From Candidatus Saccharimonadota bacterium (lineage in GTDB: Bacteria; Patescibacteriota; Saccharimonadia; Saccharimonadales; Saccharimonadaceae), in the NCBI GenBank assembly GCA_027492465.1, contig JAPUET010000009.1:15687-79686 (forward strand): DNA of 64,000 nt, in the 5' to 3' direction. The notes under the pieces are model-generated. The model searched no databases. It was not told the origin of the DNA and saw nothing but the letters and a program-made list of their open reading frames with translations. Position 1 is the first letter of the stretch, and each line of letters opens with the position of its first letter. Positions 1-6,896 of this stretch are shown here, piece after piece. Position numbers and translations under genes: made by a program.

Positions 1-9
1 ATCACAATA

Positions 10-2562
10 ATGAATCTCGCAAAAGCATATACACCTAACGATTTTGAGCCAAATATCTACGCTTTGTGGGAGCAATCTGGCGTGTTTGACCCTAAGGGTG
101 TAGGTGAACCATATGCGGTAGTTATGCCACCGCCAAATGCCAACGCAAATTTGCATGTTGGCCACGGGCTGGGCTCCGCACTACAAGACATCCTCGTGCG
201 CTACCATCGCATGAAAGGATATGATGCCGTATATATTCCGGGTGCCGATCATGCCGGGTTTGAAACCTGGGTAGTGTACGAAAAAAGCCTGACCGCCGAA
301 GGCAAGTCGCGCTTTGACTACTCGCGCGAGCAACTTTATAGCCAGGTATGGGATTTTGTAGATGCGCGCCGAGGCGACATGGAACTCCAGCTACGCGCGC
401 TTGGGGTAGGGGCAAGCTGGAATAATCTTGTATTTACTCTCGATAAAAAGGTGATTGATACCGTATACGCCACCTTTAAACAAATGTGGGACGATGAACT
501 TATTTATAGGGGTGAACGTATGGTAAATTACTGTACCGTTCACCAAACCAGCTTTTCTGACATTGAGGTGGTTCATAAAAACGAAAAATCGAAGCTGTGG
601 CAAATTGCCTATCCACTACTCGATAAGGTAGGGGAAATTGTCGTGGCGACGACACGCCCCGAAACGCTTCTTGGTGACGTTGCCGTTGCAGTAAACCCCA
701 ATGACGAACGGTACAAAGACATGATTGGGCTGCGCGTTCAGCTGCCGCTAACAGATAGAGAAATTCCGATCATTGCTGACGATTACGTAGACATGAGCTA
801 TGGTAGTGGAGCGGTTAAAATTACTCCTGCCCATGACCCGAACGACTTTGAAATAGGGGAGCGCCACAACCTAGAACCAATTCAGGTGATCGGGTTTGAT
901 GGCACTATGATTAACGTACCGTCGCAGTACACCGGCCTCTCAACAGTAGAAGCTCGCAAAAAAGTCCTCGCAGCCCTTACGGCAGACGAGGTCCTTCGTG
1001 GCGAAAGTGAAATTGAGCATGCCGTTGGTCACTGCTATAAATGCGACAGCATTATCGAACCACTTATCAAAGATCAGTGGTTTATCAAGATGCAGCCACT
1101 CGCTCGGCGAGCAATCGATACCATTCGGTCCGGCGCAATTACGTTTAGCCCAGAAAACAGGGGAGAAGTGCTCGCAAATTATCTTGAAGGCCTTCGTGAC
1201 TGGAATATCAGCCGCCAAATTCCGTGGGGAATTCCTATCCCGGCATTTCGCAATGAAAACGACTCAAGTGACTGGATTTTTGACACCAGGGTAGATGAAG
1301 CAAGTATCGTTGTGAATGGTACAACATATATAAGAGAAGAAGACACCTTTGATACCTGGTTTAGTAGTGGTCAGTGGCCATTTATCGTGACTGATTATCT
1401 AGATAGCGGCGACCTCGCCAAATATTATCCAACGGCAGTCATGGAAACTGGGTACGACATCTTGTATGCGTGGGTTGGCCGCATGATTATGCTCGGGCTT
1501 TACCGCACCGATACAGTGCCGTTTAAACATGTATACTTGCATGGTCTTGTAAATGACGAACACAACCAAAAAATGAGTAAAAGTAAGGGGAATGTTTTAA
1601 ACCCAATGGAAGTGATCGCCGAGTATGGTTCTGACGCTCTAAGAATGGGTATTATTGCGAGCCGGAGTGCCGGACAGAGCCAAGCCTTTAGCACCGGTAA
1701 AGTGGTGGCAGGCCGTAACTTCTGCAACAAACTATGGAACGTCGCCCGGTTTATTATGGCGAACGTAGACGAAACGGCGCCTACCGCCGATCCCGAGCCC
1801 AAGACGCTTGCTGACCACTGGATTATTCGTCAGCTCAACCGAGCCGCTGCGGCCATTGAAGAGCAGCTTGCCGATTACCGTTTTGCCGAGGCGGCCGAAA
1901 CAGTCTACCATGCCCTGTGGGACGATGTTGCCGACTGGTACGTAGAGGTAAGCAAAGTAGAACAAAATGCCGCTATGAGCGCTTATGTGCTTGATACAAT
2001 GCTTCGGATCGCACATCCGTTTGCACCGTTTGTGACCGAAACAATCTGGCAATCATTCAGCTGGCATGACAATTTGTTAGCAGGCGATACGTGGCCTACC
2101 CAAAAAGAATGTAGCGACATTGCCGCCGGTGAATTTAGTCGGCTAAAGCGTCTTGTAACAGAGGCACGGTATGTAATGAGCGAACTACCCGGTAACGAGC
2201 GCTACAGCATTTTGTATATGGACGATTCACTCGTAGCCGACAATACGGAACTGATCGCAAAGCTCGCAAAAGCTAAATCGGTCGATCACGTCGACTCACC
2301 ACGAGGGCTCCGGCTTGCAGCTAGTGGTCGTGACGCGTGGCTCGACCTCGATGCCGACACGTTATACGAACATCAGACTAACCTTGAAAAGCGCCTCGCC
2401 GAAGCGCACGCTAGCGTCAAAGCCCTTTCAGCGCGCCTAAGCAACGAAAATTATGTTGCCAAGGCACCAGCCGAACTTGTAGAAGAGTCTAAGCAGCAAT
2501 TACATTCTCAAGAAGCGCTGGTTGCGCGACTTGAGGCTGAGTTAGAAGTGCTAGAGAAGTAA
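10..2562 (+). CDS. valS: valyl-tRNA synthetase
   Basis: 850-aa uninterrupted ORF. Class-I aaRS motifs read directly: HIGH-type PPPNANANLHVGHG near the N-terminus and KMSKS (QKMSKSKGN). Long CP1/editing insertion and C-terminal coiled coil typical of ValRS. Confidence 0.97.
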   Translation: MNLAKAYTPNDFEPNIYALWEQSGVFDPKGVGEPYAVVMPPPNANANLHVGHGLGSALQDILVRYHRMKGYDAVYIPGADHAGFETWVVYEKSLTAEGKSRFDYSREQLYSQVWDFVDARRGDMELQLRALGVGASWNNLVFTLDKKVIDTVYATFKQMWDDELIYRGERMVNYCTVHQTSFSDIEVVHKNEKSKLWQIAYPLLDKVGEIVVATTRPETLLGDVAVAVNPNDERYKDMIGLRVQLPLTDREIPIIADDYVDMSYGSGAVKITPAHDPNDFEIGERHNLEPIQVIGFDGTMINVPSQYTGLSTVEARKKVLAALTADEVLRGESEIEHAVGHCYKCDSIIEPLIKDQWFIKMQPLARRAIDTIRSGAITFSPENRGEVLANYLEGLRDWNISRQIPWGIPIPAFRNENDSSDWIFDTRVDEASIVVNGTTYIREEDTFDTWFSSGQWPFIVTDYLDSGDLAKYYPTAVMETGYDILYAWVGRMIMLGLYRTDTVPFKHVYLHGLVNDEHNQKMSKSKGNVLNPMEVIAEYGSDALRMGIIASRSAGQSQAFSTGKVVAGRNFCNKLWNVARFIMANVDETAPTADPEPKTLADHWIIRQLNRAAAAIEEQLADYRFAEAAETVYHALWDDVADWYVEVSKVEQNAAMSAYVLDTMLRIAHPFAPFVTETIWQSFSWHDNLLAGDTWPTQKECSDIAAGEFSRLKRLVTEARYVMSELPGNERYSILYMDDSLVADNTELIAKLAKAKSVDHVDSPRGLRLAASGRDAWLDLDADTLYEHQTNLEKRLAEAHASVKALSARLSNENYVAKAPAELVEESKQQLHSQEALVARLEAELEVLEK

Positions 2563-2566
2563 AGCG

Positions 2567-2923
2567 TTACTCTAAAATCGGCAAGTTTGCATTATCGAAC
2601 GCATGGCGAGGCTTGGCAGTGGCCCGGGCAAGTTCTTTTGCGTGCGATTTGCGACGCGGCGCAACACTTGGTGACTGATAGAAAAAGCTCGAAATTAACG
2701 ATTTGTTTGCCGCGTTGTGATCTGGGTGAGTATGAGCATCGCTTGAAACAAAGTCGCTATAACGGCCAGCTACTGCTTTGACCGGTGCGTAGCCGAAGCT
2801 ATTAATACTCGAAAGTGCCGTACTGGTGGCTTTGTCGACACGGCTGTCGTGCATAAACACGCCCATCGCCGTAAAGAGGCTAAGAATGGTCATAAAGTAA
2901 TTAGTAATTGTTTTGATTTTCAT
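2567..2923 (-). CDS. hypothetical small signal-anchored protein
   Basis: 118-aa ORF convergent with valS. N-terminal hydrophobic segment (ILSLFTAMGVFM) followed by a Ser/His-rich tail. No recognisable family. Confidence 0.5.
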   Translation of the reverse strand: MKIKTITNYFMTILSLFTAMGVFMHDSRVDKATSTALSSINSFGYAPVKAVAGRYSDFVSSDAHTHPDHNAANKSLISSFFYQSPSVAPRRKSHAKELARATAKPRHAFDNANLPILE

Positions 2924-3000
2924 GTGGTGGTTTGTTTATTTTGTTACGGTACTGTAGTCAGATTAGCATAAACTTTATTAAAAGTCAAGTATACGACGTA

Positions 3001-3456
3001 CTATTCGTGATGGTAGGGTCGGCCAGCCGCTATCTCTCCAGCCCTATAGAGCTGCTCTGCCAGAATAAGCCGTACGAGCTGATGGGGAAATACTAGGGGT
3101 GAAAGTGACCATACAAGATCGGCGCGAGCGGTGAGGGAATCATCGACACCATAGGCGCCACCAATAACCACCACCGGTGGCTTGCTGGTTGTAAATACGT
3201 GCTCAAGCTGACGCGATAGGGTAGGGGAGTCGAGCAGCTTGCCGCGTTCATCGAGCAAAATCACATAATCCTCAGGCTTAAGGCGCGAAAGTATAGCACC
3301 AGACTCTTCCTGGCGAGCTGCAAGGCCTTCACGGGCGCTATGTGGCAAAAGTATCCATTCGGTATTCCACGGCGCCTGGAGGCGCTTTTGGTAACGTTCC
3401 AGGCCATCCGTAATCCATGACTCGTGTTTGCGACCGATGGCAATAATTTTAATCAT
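3001..3456 (-). CDS. rlmH: 23S rRNA (pseudouridine1915-N3)-methyltransferase RlmH (SPOUT)
   Basis: 151-aa ORF with RlmH-like pattern: MIKIIAIGRK start, LDERGK, VIGGAYG glycine loop and a C-terminal knot helix (HQLVRLILAEQLYRA). Its start overlaps the upstream HIT gene stop by 8 nt. Confidence 0.9.
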   Translation of the reverse strand: MIKIIAIGRKHESWITDGLERYQKRLQAPWNTEWILLPHSAREGLAARQEESGAILSRLKPEDYVILLDERGKLLDSPTLSRQLEHVFTTSKPPVVVIGGAYGVDDSLTARADLVWSLSPLVFPHQLVRLILAEQLYRAGEIAAGRPYHHE

Positions 3457-3850
3457 GAAACGCGAGCTTCTCGGCGAGCGCAGCGAAGGCGATATGATCG
3501 GGCTCGATATCGGTACGCTGCGGGTTGTGCAAATCGGCCGTTACAGCAAAGGGGATGACATGCACGTGCGCATACGGTATATCGGTGCCAACAACGGCCG
3601 AATGAATGTAGGGGTAGGGCAGAACCTCACGGAGGCGAAGCGCAACCTTTTGTACCGTCTCCATAACAGCTTGGTACGTGTCACTATCAAGCTCCCATAC
3701 AAATTCAGCGGGATGTACCTTTGGAATGACGAGCACGTGCCCTTCGTGTTTTGGGTAGATATCGAGCAAAGCCAGGGTTTTCTCATCCTCGTACACCTTA
3801 TGCACGGGAATTTCACCGGCTACAATTTTCGCAAAAATTGAATCTTCCAT
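3449..3850 (-). CDS. HIT-family (Hint-like) nucleotide hydrolase
   Basis: 133-aa ORF. Histidine-triad motif AHVHVIP is present, and the N-terminal IFAKIVAGEIP is typical of HIT proteins. Confidence 0.9.
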   Translation of the reverse strand: MEDSIFAKIVAGEIPVHKVYEDEKTLALLDIYPKHEGHVLVIPKVHPAEFVWELDSDTYQAVMETVQKVALRLREVLPYPYIHSAVVGTDIPYAHVHVIPFAVTADLHNPQRTDIEPDHIAFAALAEKLAFHD

Positions 3851-3913
3851 ACCATTCAGTATACTCCACTCCCTATAATCCCAGTGTTTTTATGGGTAGA
3901 TATCAACTCTTTC

Positions 3914-3926
3914 CGCTATAGCGTAT
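3914..3926. promoter_or_regulatory. candidate operator: CGCTATAGCGTAT (contains perfect 10-bp palindrome CGCTATAGCG), copy 1
   Basis: Lies 10 nt upstream of the ATG of the PaaX-like gene and overlaps a TATACT -10-like hexamer (3924-3929). An identical 13-mer recurs at 4508-4520. Confidence 0.3.
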
Positions 3927-3935
3927 ACTTGTGAT

Positions 3936-4493
3936 ATGAAGCGGGTAACAAAGGCTCGATTGGCGGACGGGTTGCTGCGAGTACTTGTACTCGGATCGGT
4001 GACATCGGCGGCGCTCATTGCGCCCAACGGTTTGCAGCTGCTTGATAAACCTTTGCAGAAATTTATTGCCTCGCTCGATGAAAAAGAGCGAAAACGGAAG
4101 ATCGCCGAGGCGCTGGCGTACTTACGCTACCGCGGATTGGTGCAAGATGATTATCAGCATGGACTACGGTTAACGAAGAAGGCCGAGCATCGATTGCAAC
4201 AACAAGAGGTAGAAGCAATCTGCATTACCCCGGCCAAGCGCTGGGATGGCGTATGGCGAATTGTGTTTTTTGATATTCCCGAACCCATGAAAACGAAACG
4301 CGACCAGTTTGCCGCACGGCTAAAACATCTTGGGTTTGGCGTGCTACAACGAAGCGTATTCATTTGCCCACACCCCTGTAGAGATGAGGTGGTACAGCTT
4401 GCCCGATATTATGCCGTCGATCAGTACACAACATATATCGAAACCTCGTACATCGATAATGACACACCCCTTAAAGAGCATTTTGAGTTATAA
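3936..4493 (+). CDS. PaaX-like / Cas2-fold domain putative transcriptional regulator
   Basis: 185-aa ORF. The C-terminal half (WDGVWRIVFFDIPEPMKTKRDQFAARLKHLGFGVLQRSVFICPHP) matches the PaaX-type W-G-W..fdiPe..R..lr..L...GFg.l pattern. The N-terminal part looks like a winged helix. Confidence 0.6.
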   Translation: MKRVTKARLADGLLRVLVLGSVTSAALIAPNGLQLLDKPLQKFIASLDEKERKRKIAEALAYLRYRGLVQDDYQHGLRLTKKAEHRLQQQEVEAICITPAKRWDGVWRIVFFDIPEPMKTKRDQFAARLKHLGFGVLQRSVFICPHPCRDEVVQLARYYAVDQYTTYIETSYIDNDTPLKEHFEL

Positions 4494-4507
4494 CTATCAC
4501 GTTTATG

Positions 4508-4520
4508 CGCTATAGCGTAT
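4508..4520. promoter_or_regulatory. candidate operator CGCTATAGCGTAT, copy 2
   Basis: Exact repeat of the 13-mer at 3914-3926. Located 15 nt after the PaaX-like gene stop and about 105 nt upstream of tRNA-Ser(CGA). Confidence 0.3.
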
Positions 4521-4626
4521 TTTGTTGGTTAAGAATTTACATTGTCATGTCAATTTCATCTTAGATTGGTAGAGTATACAGGATGCACCCTTTAGGTTCT
4601 CTGATATAATAATCAAGACCTACTTT

Positions 4627-4716
4627 GGAGAGATGTCTGAGTGGTTGAAGGTGCCGCTCTCGAAAAGCGGTGTGGGGTAAAAGCCACCGGGAGTTCGAAT
4701 CTCCCTCTCTCCGCCA
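4627..4716 (+). tRNA. tRNA-Ser (anticodon CGA), CCA encoded
   Basis: Cloverleaf read by hand. Acceptor GGAGAGA/TCTCTCC; anticodon stem CCGCT/AGCGG with loop CTCGAAA; long variable arm; T-loop GGGAGTTCGAATCTCCC; 3' GCCA. Confidence 0.9.
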
Positions 4717-4718
4717 TA

Positions 4719-4751
4719 GAAAATAAGACTAGTCTAACTAGTCTTATTTTC
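4719..4751. terminator. bidirectional hairpin terminator between convergent tRNA genes
   Basis: Perfect 15-bp stem (4719-4733 pairs with 4737-4751, GAAAATAAGACTAGT/ACTAGTCTTATTTTC) with A/T-rich flanks on both strands. Confidence 0.7.
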
Positions 4752-4752
4752 T

Positions 4753-4829
4753 TGGTACACTCGGCGCGATTCGAACGCACGACCTTCGGCTCCGCAAGCC
4801 GACGCTCTATCCAGCTGAGCTACGAGTGC
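4753..4829 (-). tRNA. tRNA-Arg (anticodon GCG as read), CCA encoded
   Basis: Reverse complement is GCACTCGTAGCTCAGCTGGATAGAGCGTCGGCTTGCGGAGCCGAAGGTCGTGCGTTCGAATCGCGCCGAGTGTACCA. It forms a standard 77-nt cloverleaf with anticodon stem TCGGC/GCCGA and loop TTGCGGA. Confidence 0.85.
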
Positions 4830-4884
4830 ATAAATACATACAACTTTGTAAATTTTAGCACATTCTACTACTGTAGGCAAGGTG

Positions 4885-5643
4885 CTATAAGTGAAGCTTG
4901 GCGAGTAATCTATCGATTGCGTCGGGGGTGATCTCTTTCATTGGCAGACGCGAAGCAAGCATATCTACCACTTGCTCGCCAATCTCTTCTGGAAAATAAA
5001 TTGCTTGGCTAATCTGAAATCGTTTACGCGGAATAAGCGCTACCGAATGATGCCCGGCGTGGCTCACAACGCCAAACGCCTTGAAAACGTCATAGGTATA
5101 CAGTTTGTCGTTTACATGGAGTCCTTTACGACTCAATGTATACTGAATCACCTCTGGTGGGCGACGGACATACATCACCAGCGCAAGCGCCATCACGGGC
5201 ACTAAAATAGCAAAAGTAATAGATTTTAGTACCACCACAGCTAATACGGCAGCAAGAACAGCGGCAATACCAAAGAAAATATACCATTTGACACTACGGG
5301 GGCTGTGAATATATTCAGTTCCTTCCCACCGTAATAGAGCGGTATCATCTTCGGAGGGATCGGATTGGATTATGGTCGGATCGGCAACTTGCTCACTGGT
5401 ATCTGGCTGGGTTTCTTCAGGTTGCACAGGCTCTTCTGGCAAAACGACCGGAGAGGGGTCTGTAGCTGGAGCTGTTGAGGCTACAGGTACGGCCGGTACT
5501 ACAGGAACTGCAGGTGGCACCTCGGGCATGGGTTGCGGCGGAACCGGAACAGGTTCGGCCGGCGCCTGATACGGAGCAGCCGAAGGGCTAGGCGTAGGTT
5601 GCTGCCACTGGTCGGCCGGGGGTTGTTGCTGATTGGGTTGCAT
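4885..5643 (-). CDS. hypothetical Pro/Gln-rich membrane protein
   Basis: 252-aa ORF. About 100 aa of N-terminal P/Q/A/V low complexity, then two adjacent TM helices (WYIFFGIAAVLAAVLAVVVL, ITFAILVPVMALALVMYV), then a roughly 90-aa C-terminal globular domain. Confidence 0.7.
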   Translation of the reverse strand: MQPNQQQPPADQWQQPTPSPSAAPYQAPAEPVPVPPQPMPEVPPAVPVVPAVPVASTAPATDPSPVVLPEEPVQPEETQPDTSEQVADPTIIQSDPSEDDTALLRWEGTEYIHSPRSVKWYIFFGIAAVLAAVLAVVVLKSITFAILVPVMALALVMYVRRPPEVIQYTLSRKGLHVNDKLYTYDVFKAFGVVSHAGHHSVALIPRKRFQISQAIYFPEEIGEQVVDMLASRLPMKEITPDAIDRLLAKLHL

Positions 5644-5685
5644 TGCTTTTAGTATACCATGAGCACTATCCGTACTCAGAGCGTT

Positions 5686-6099
5686 TTACTGTGTTGAAGA
5701 ACCGTAGTTTGTACTACTAGAGCTCGATGTACTAGAGAAGCTGTTGATAACAAAGTTAACAGCCGCATAGGCAAGAATTGCAACAATAATACCAACAAGC
5801 GCATAGAGAATGGTGTTTTTTGCCGCTTGGACTTGGGAGGCATCTCCACCAGAAATAACGTAGCGCAAGCCGCCGATTACAATCATAATTACCGCAATTG
5901 CGCCAACAATAAAGAGGAGAACGCTACTAATTTGTGAGAAAACGCCAGAATTACCAAATAAATCACCCGGCTGCTGGTCTGATCGTGCAGAACTAGCGCC
6001 ATCTGAAATATTGCCAAGAGCAAGTACCTGGGAAGCTCCGACTACGCTTACGCTGAGGGCAAGAACGGCAGTGATAATAAGTGGGACGATGCGCTTCAT
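5686..6099 (-). CDS. VirB2/TrbC-architecture T4SS pilin-like protein (paralogue 7, orphan)
   Basis: 137-aa ORF with signal peptide (VLALSVSVVGASQVLA). Core is TM1 + GGLRYVISGGDASQVQAAKNTILYALVGIIVAILAYAAVNFV, shared with the six paralogues at 8279-10657. SD (AAGGAG) lies upstream. Confidence 0.8.
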   Translation of the reverse strand: MKRIVPLIITAVLALSVSVVGASQVLALGNISDGASSARSDQQPGDLFGNSGVFSQISSVLLFIVGAIAVIMIVIGGLRYVISGGDASQVQAAKNTILYALVGIIVAILAYAAVNFVINSFSSTSSSSSTNYGSSTQ

Positions 6100-6268
6100 A
6101 CAATCTCCTTAGAACATGTTGCGTGTTTGTCTAGGTATAGTATACACCGCTCTTGTTCAAACAGGAAAGTATCTAGCCCACCAGGGATAAATGTGATAAA
6201 CTATCGTAGTGTTCAACATCAGCCGTTTGAGAAATATCCAAGTGGCTGATAGTGAAACGTGAACTACT

Positions 6269-6361
6269 GGAGGAGTACCCAAGTGGCTGAAGGGGACGGT
6301 TTGCTAAATCGTTAGTATGGGGAGACCTGTAGCGGGAGTTCGAATCTCCCCTCCTCCGCCA
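6269..6361 (+). tRNA. tRNA-Ser (anticodon GCT), CCA encoded
   Basis: Acceptor GGAGGAG/CTCCTCC; anticodon stem ACGGT/ATCGT with loop TTGCTAA; long variable arm; T-arm GGGAGTTCGAATCTCCC; 3' GCCA. Confidence 0.9.
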
Positions 6362-6401
6362 GAATAAAAATACGACCTGTAAAAGGTCGTATTTTTATTC
6401 T
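6361..6401 (+). terminator. hairpin terminator after tRNA-Ser(GCT)
   Basis: Perfect 17-bp stem (6361-6377 AGAATAAAAATACGACC pairs with 6385-6401 GGTCGTATTTTTATTCT). It begins at the terminal A of the encoded CCA. Confidence 0.65.
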
Positions 6402-6476
6402 GGCTGTAGCGGAAATTTGGACTCCCGCGTTTTGCTTTAGCAAAACCCTCGAGTACACATCTGTACCTATCCCGCC
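6402..6476 (-). other. degenerate tRNA-like cloverleaf (not a functional-looking tRNA)
   Basis: The minus strand folds into three consecutive hairpins: GTACA/TGTAC, GTTTTGC-TAAA-GCAAAAC, and GCGGGA/TTCCGC. A 5/7-paired acceptor-like closing stem is present. It lacks the GG D-loop, TTC T-loop, a 7-nt anticodon loop and CCA. Confidence 0.3.
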
Positions 6477-6510
6477 ATAGAAAATGACCCCAAGCAGGGG
6501 TCATTTTCTA

Positions 6511-6598
6511 TGGCGGAGAGGGCGAGATTCGAACTCGCGGTGAGTTGCCCCACGACGGTTTTCAAGACCGTTACCTTAAACCACTCGGTCACCTCTCC
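6511..6598 (-). tRNA. tRNA-Ser (anticodon TGA), CCA encoded
   Basis: Reverse complement is GGAGAGGTGACCGAGTGGTTTAAGGTAACGGTCTTGAAAACCGTCGTGGGGCAACTCACCGCGAGTTCGAATCTCGCCCTCTCCGCCA. Anticodon loop CTTGAAA, long variable arm. A 17-bp hairpin (6475-6513) overlaps its CCA end. Confidence 0.9.
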
Positions 6599-6660
6599 GT
6601 GTATTTAATAAGTATAACTCAATAGCCTACATCTGTATGGCCTAGTATTGTGGAAAATAA

Positions 6661-6779
6661 CCCTCGTTCCACGGCGATCGAGCGCGCCACCGGCGCCCTC
6701 TCACTATTTCCGCTTGAACTGTTCTCGGCGACAGAACTGTCGCCTGCGAGTAGCTCGGCGCTTCACGGTCACCTCTCCA
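6661..6779 (-). other. GC-rich structured intergenic element (possible ncRNA or decayed tRNA-Ser copy)
   Basis: About 120 nt, visibly GC-richer than the flanks, in a 298-nt ORF-free gap. The minus strand starts with GGAGAGGTGACCG, identical to nt 1-13 of the adjacent tRNA-Ser(TGA). Contains a GGCGAC/GTCGCC stem and repeated GAACTGT / ACAGTTC segments. Confidence 0.3.
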
Positions 6780-6896
6780 ATAAATACCCCCTTATCATAA
6801 CAGATTAACCGCTATGCAGCAAGGTAAGGGTACGAGCCGCAGACGGTTTTACTCCCCTGGCAACAAGGCAAATGCCTGCTACTTTTAGTAACCGCA

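Noticed and set aside
4641-4931. 96-aa plus-strand ORF
   Set aside because: It reads straight through tRNA-Ser(CGA), the terminator hairpin and the complement of tRNA-Arg, so it is an artefact. The minus-strand ORF at 6304-6504, which overlaps tRNA-Ser(GCT) and its terminator, is rejected for the same reason.
6599-6896. Tried to read the GC-rich spacer as SRP (4.5S) RNA, tmRNA, RNase P RNA or tRNA-Sec
   Set aside because: The hallmark sequences are missing. There is no GGAA-capped helix-8 with an AGCAGCC-type 3' strand, no tRNA-Ala-like 3' end (..TCCACCA) or GGGG 5' end, no GAGGAAAGTCC P4 motif, and no T-loop. It is kept only as an unexplained structured element.
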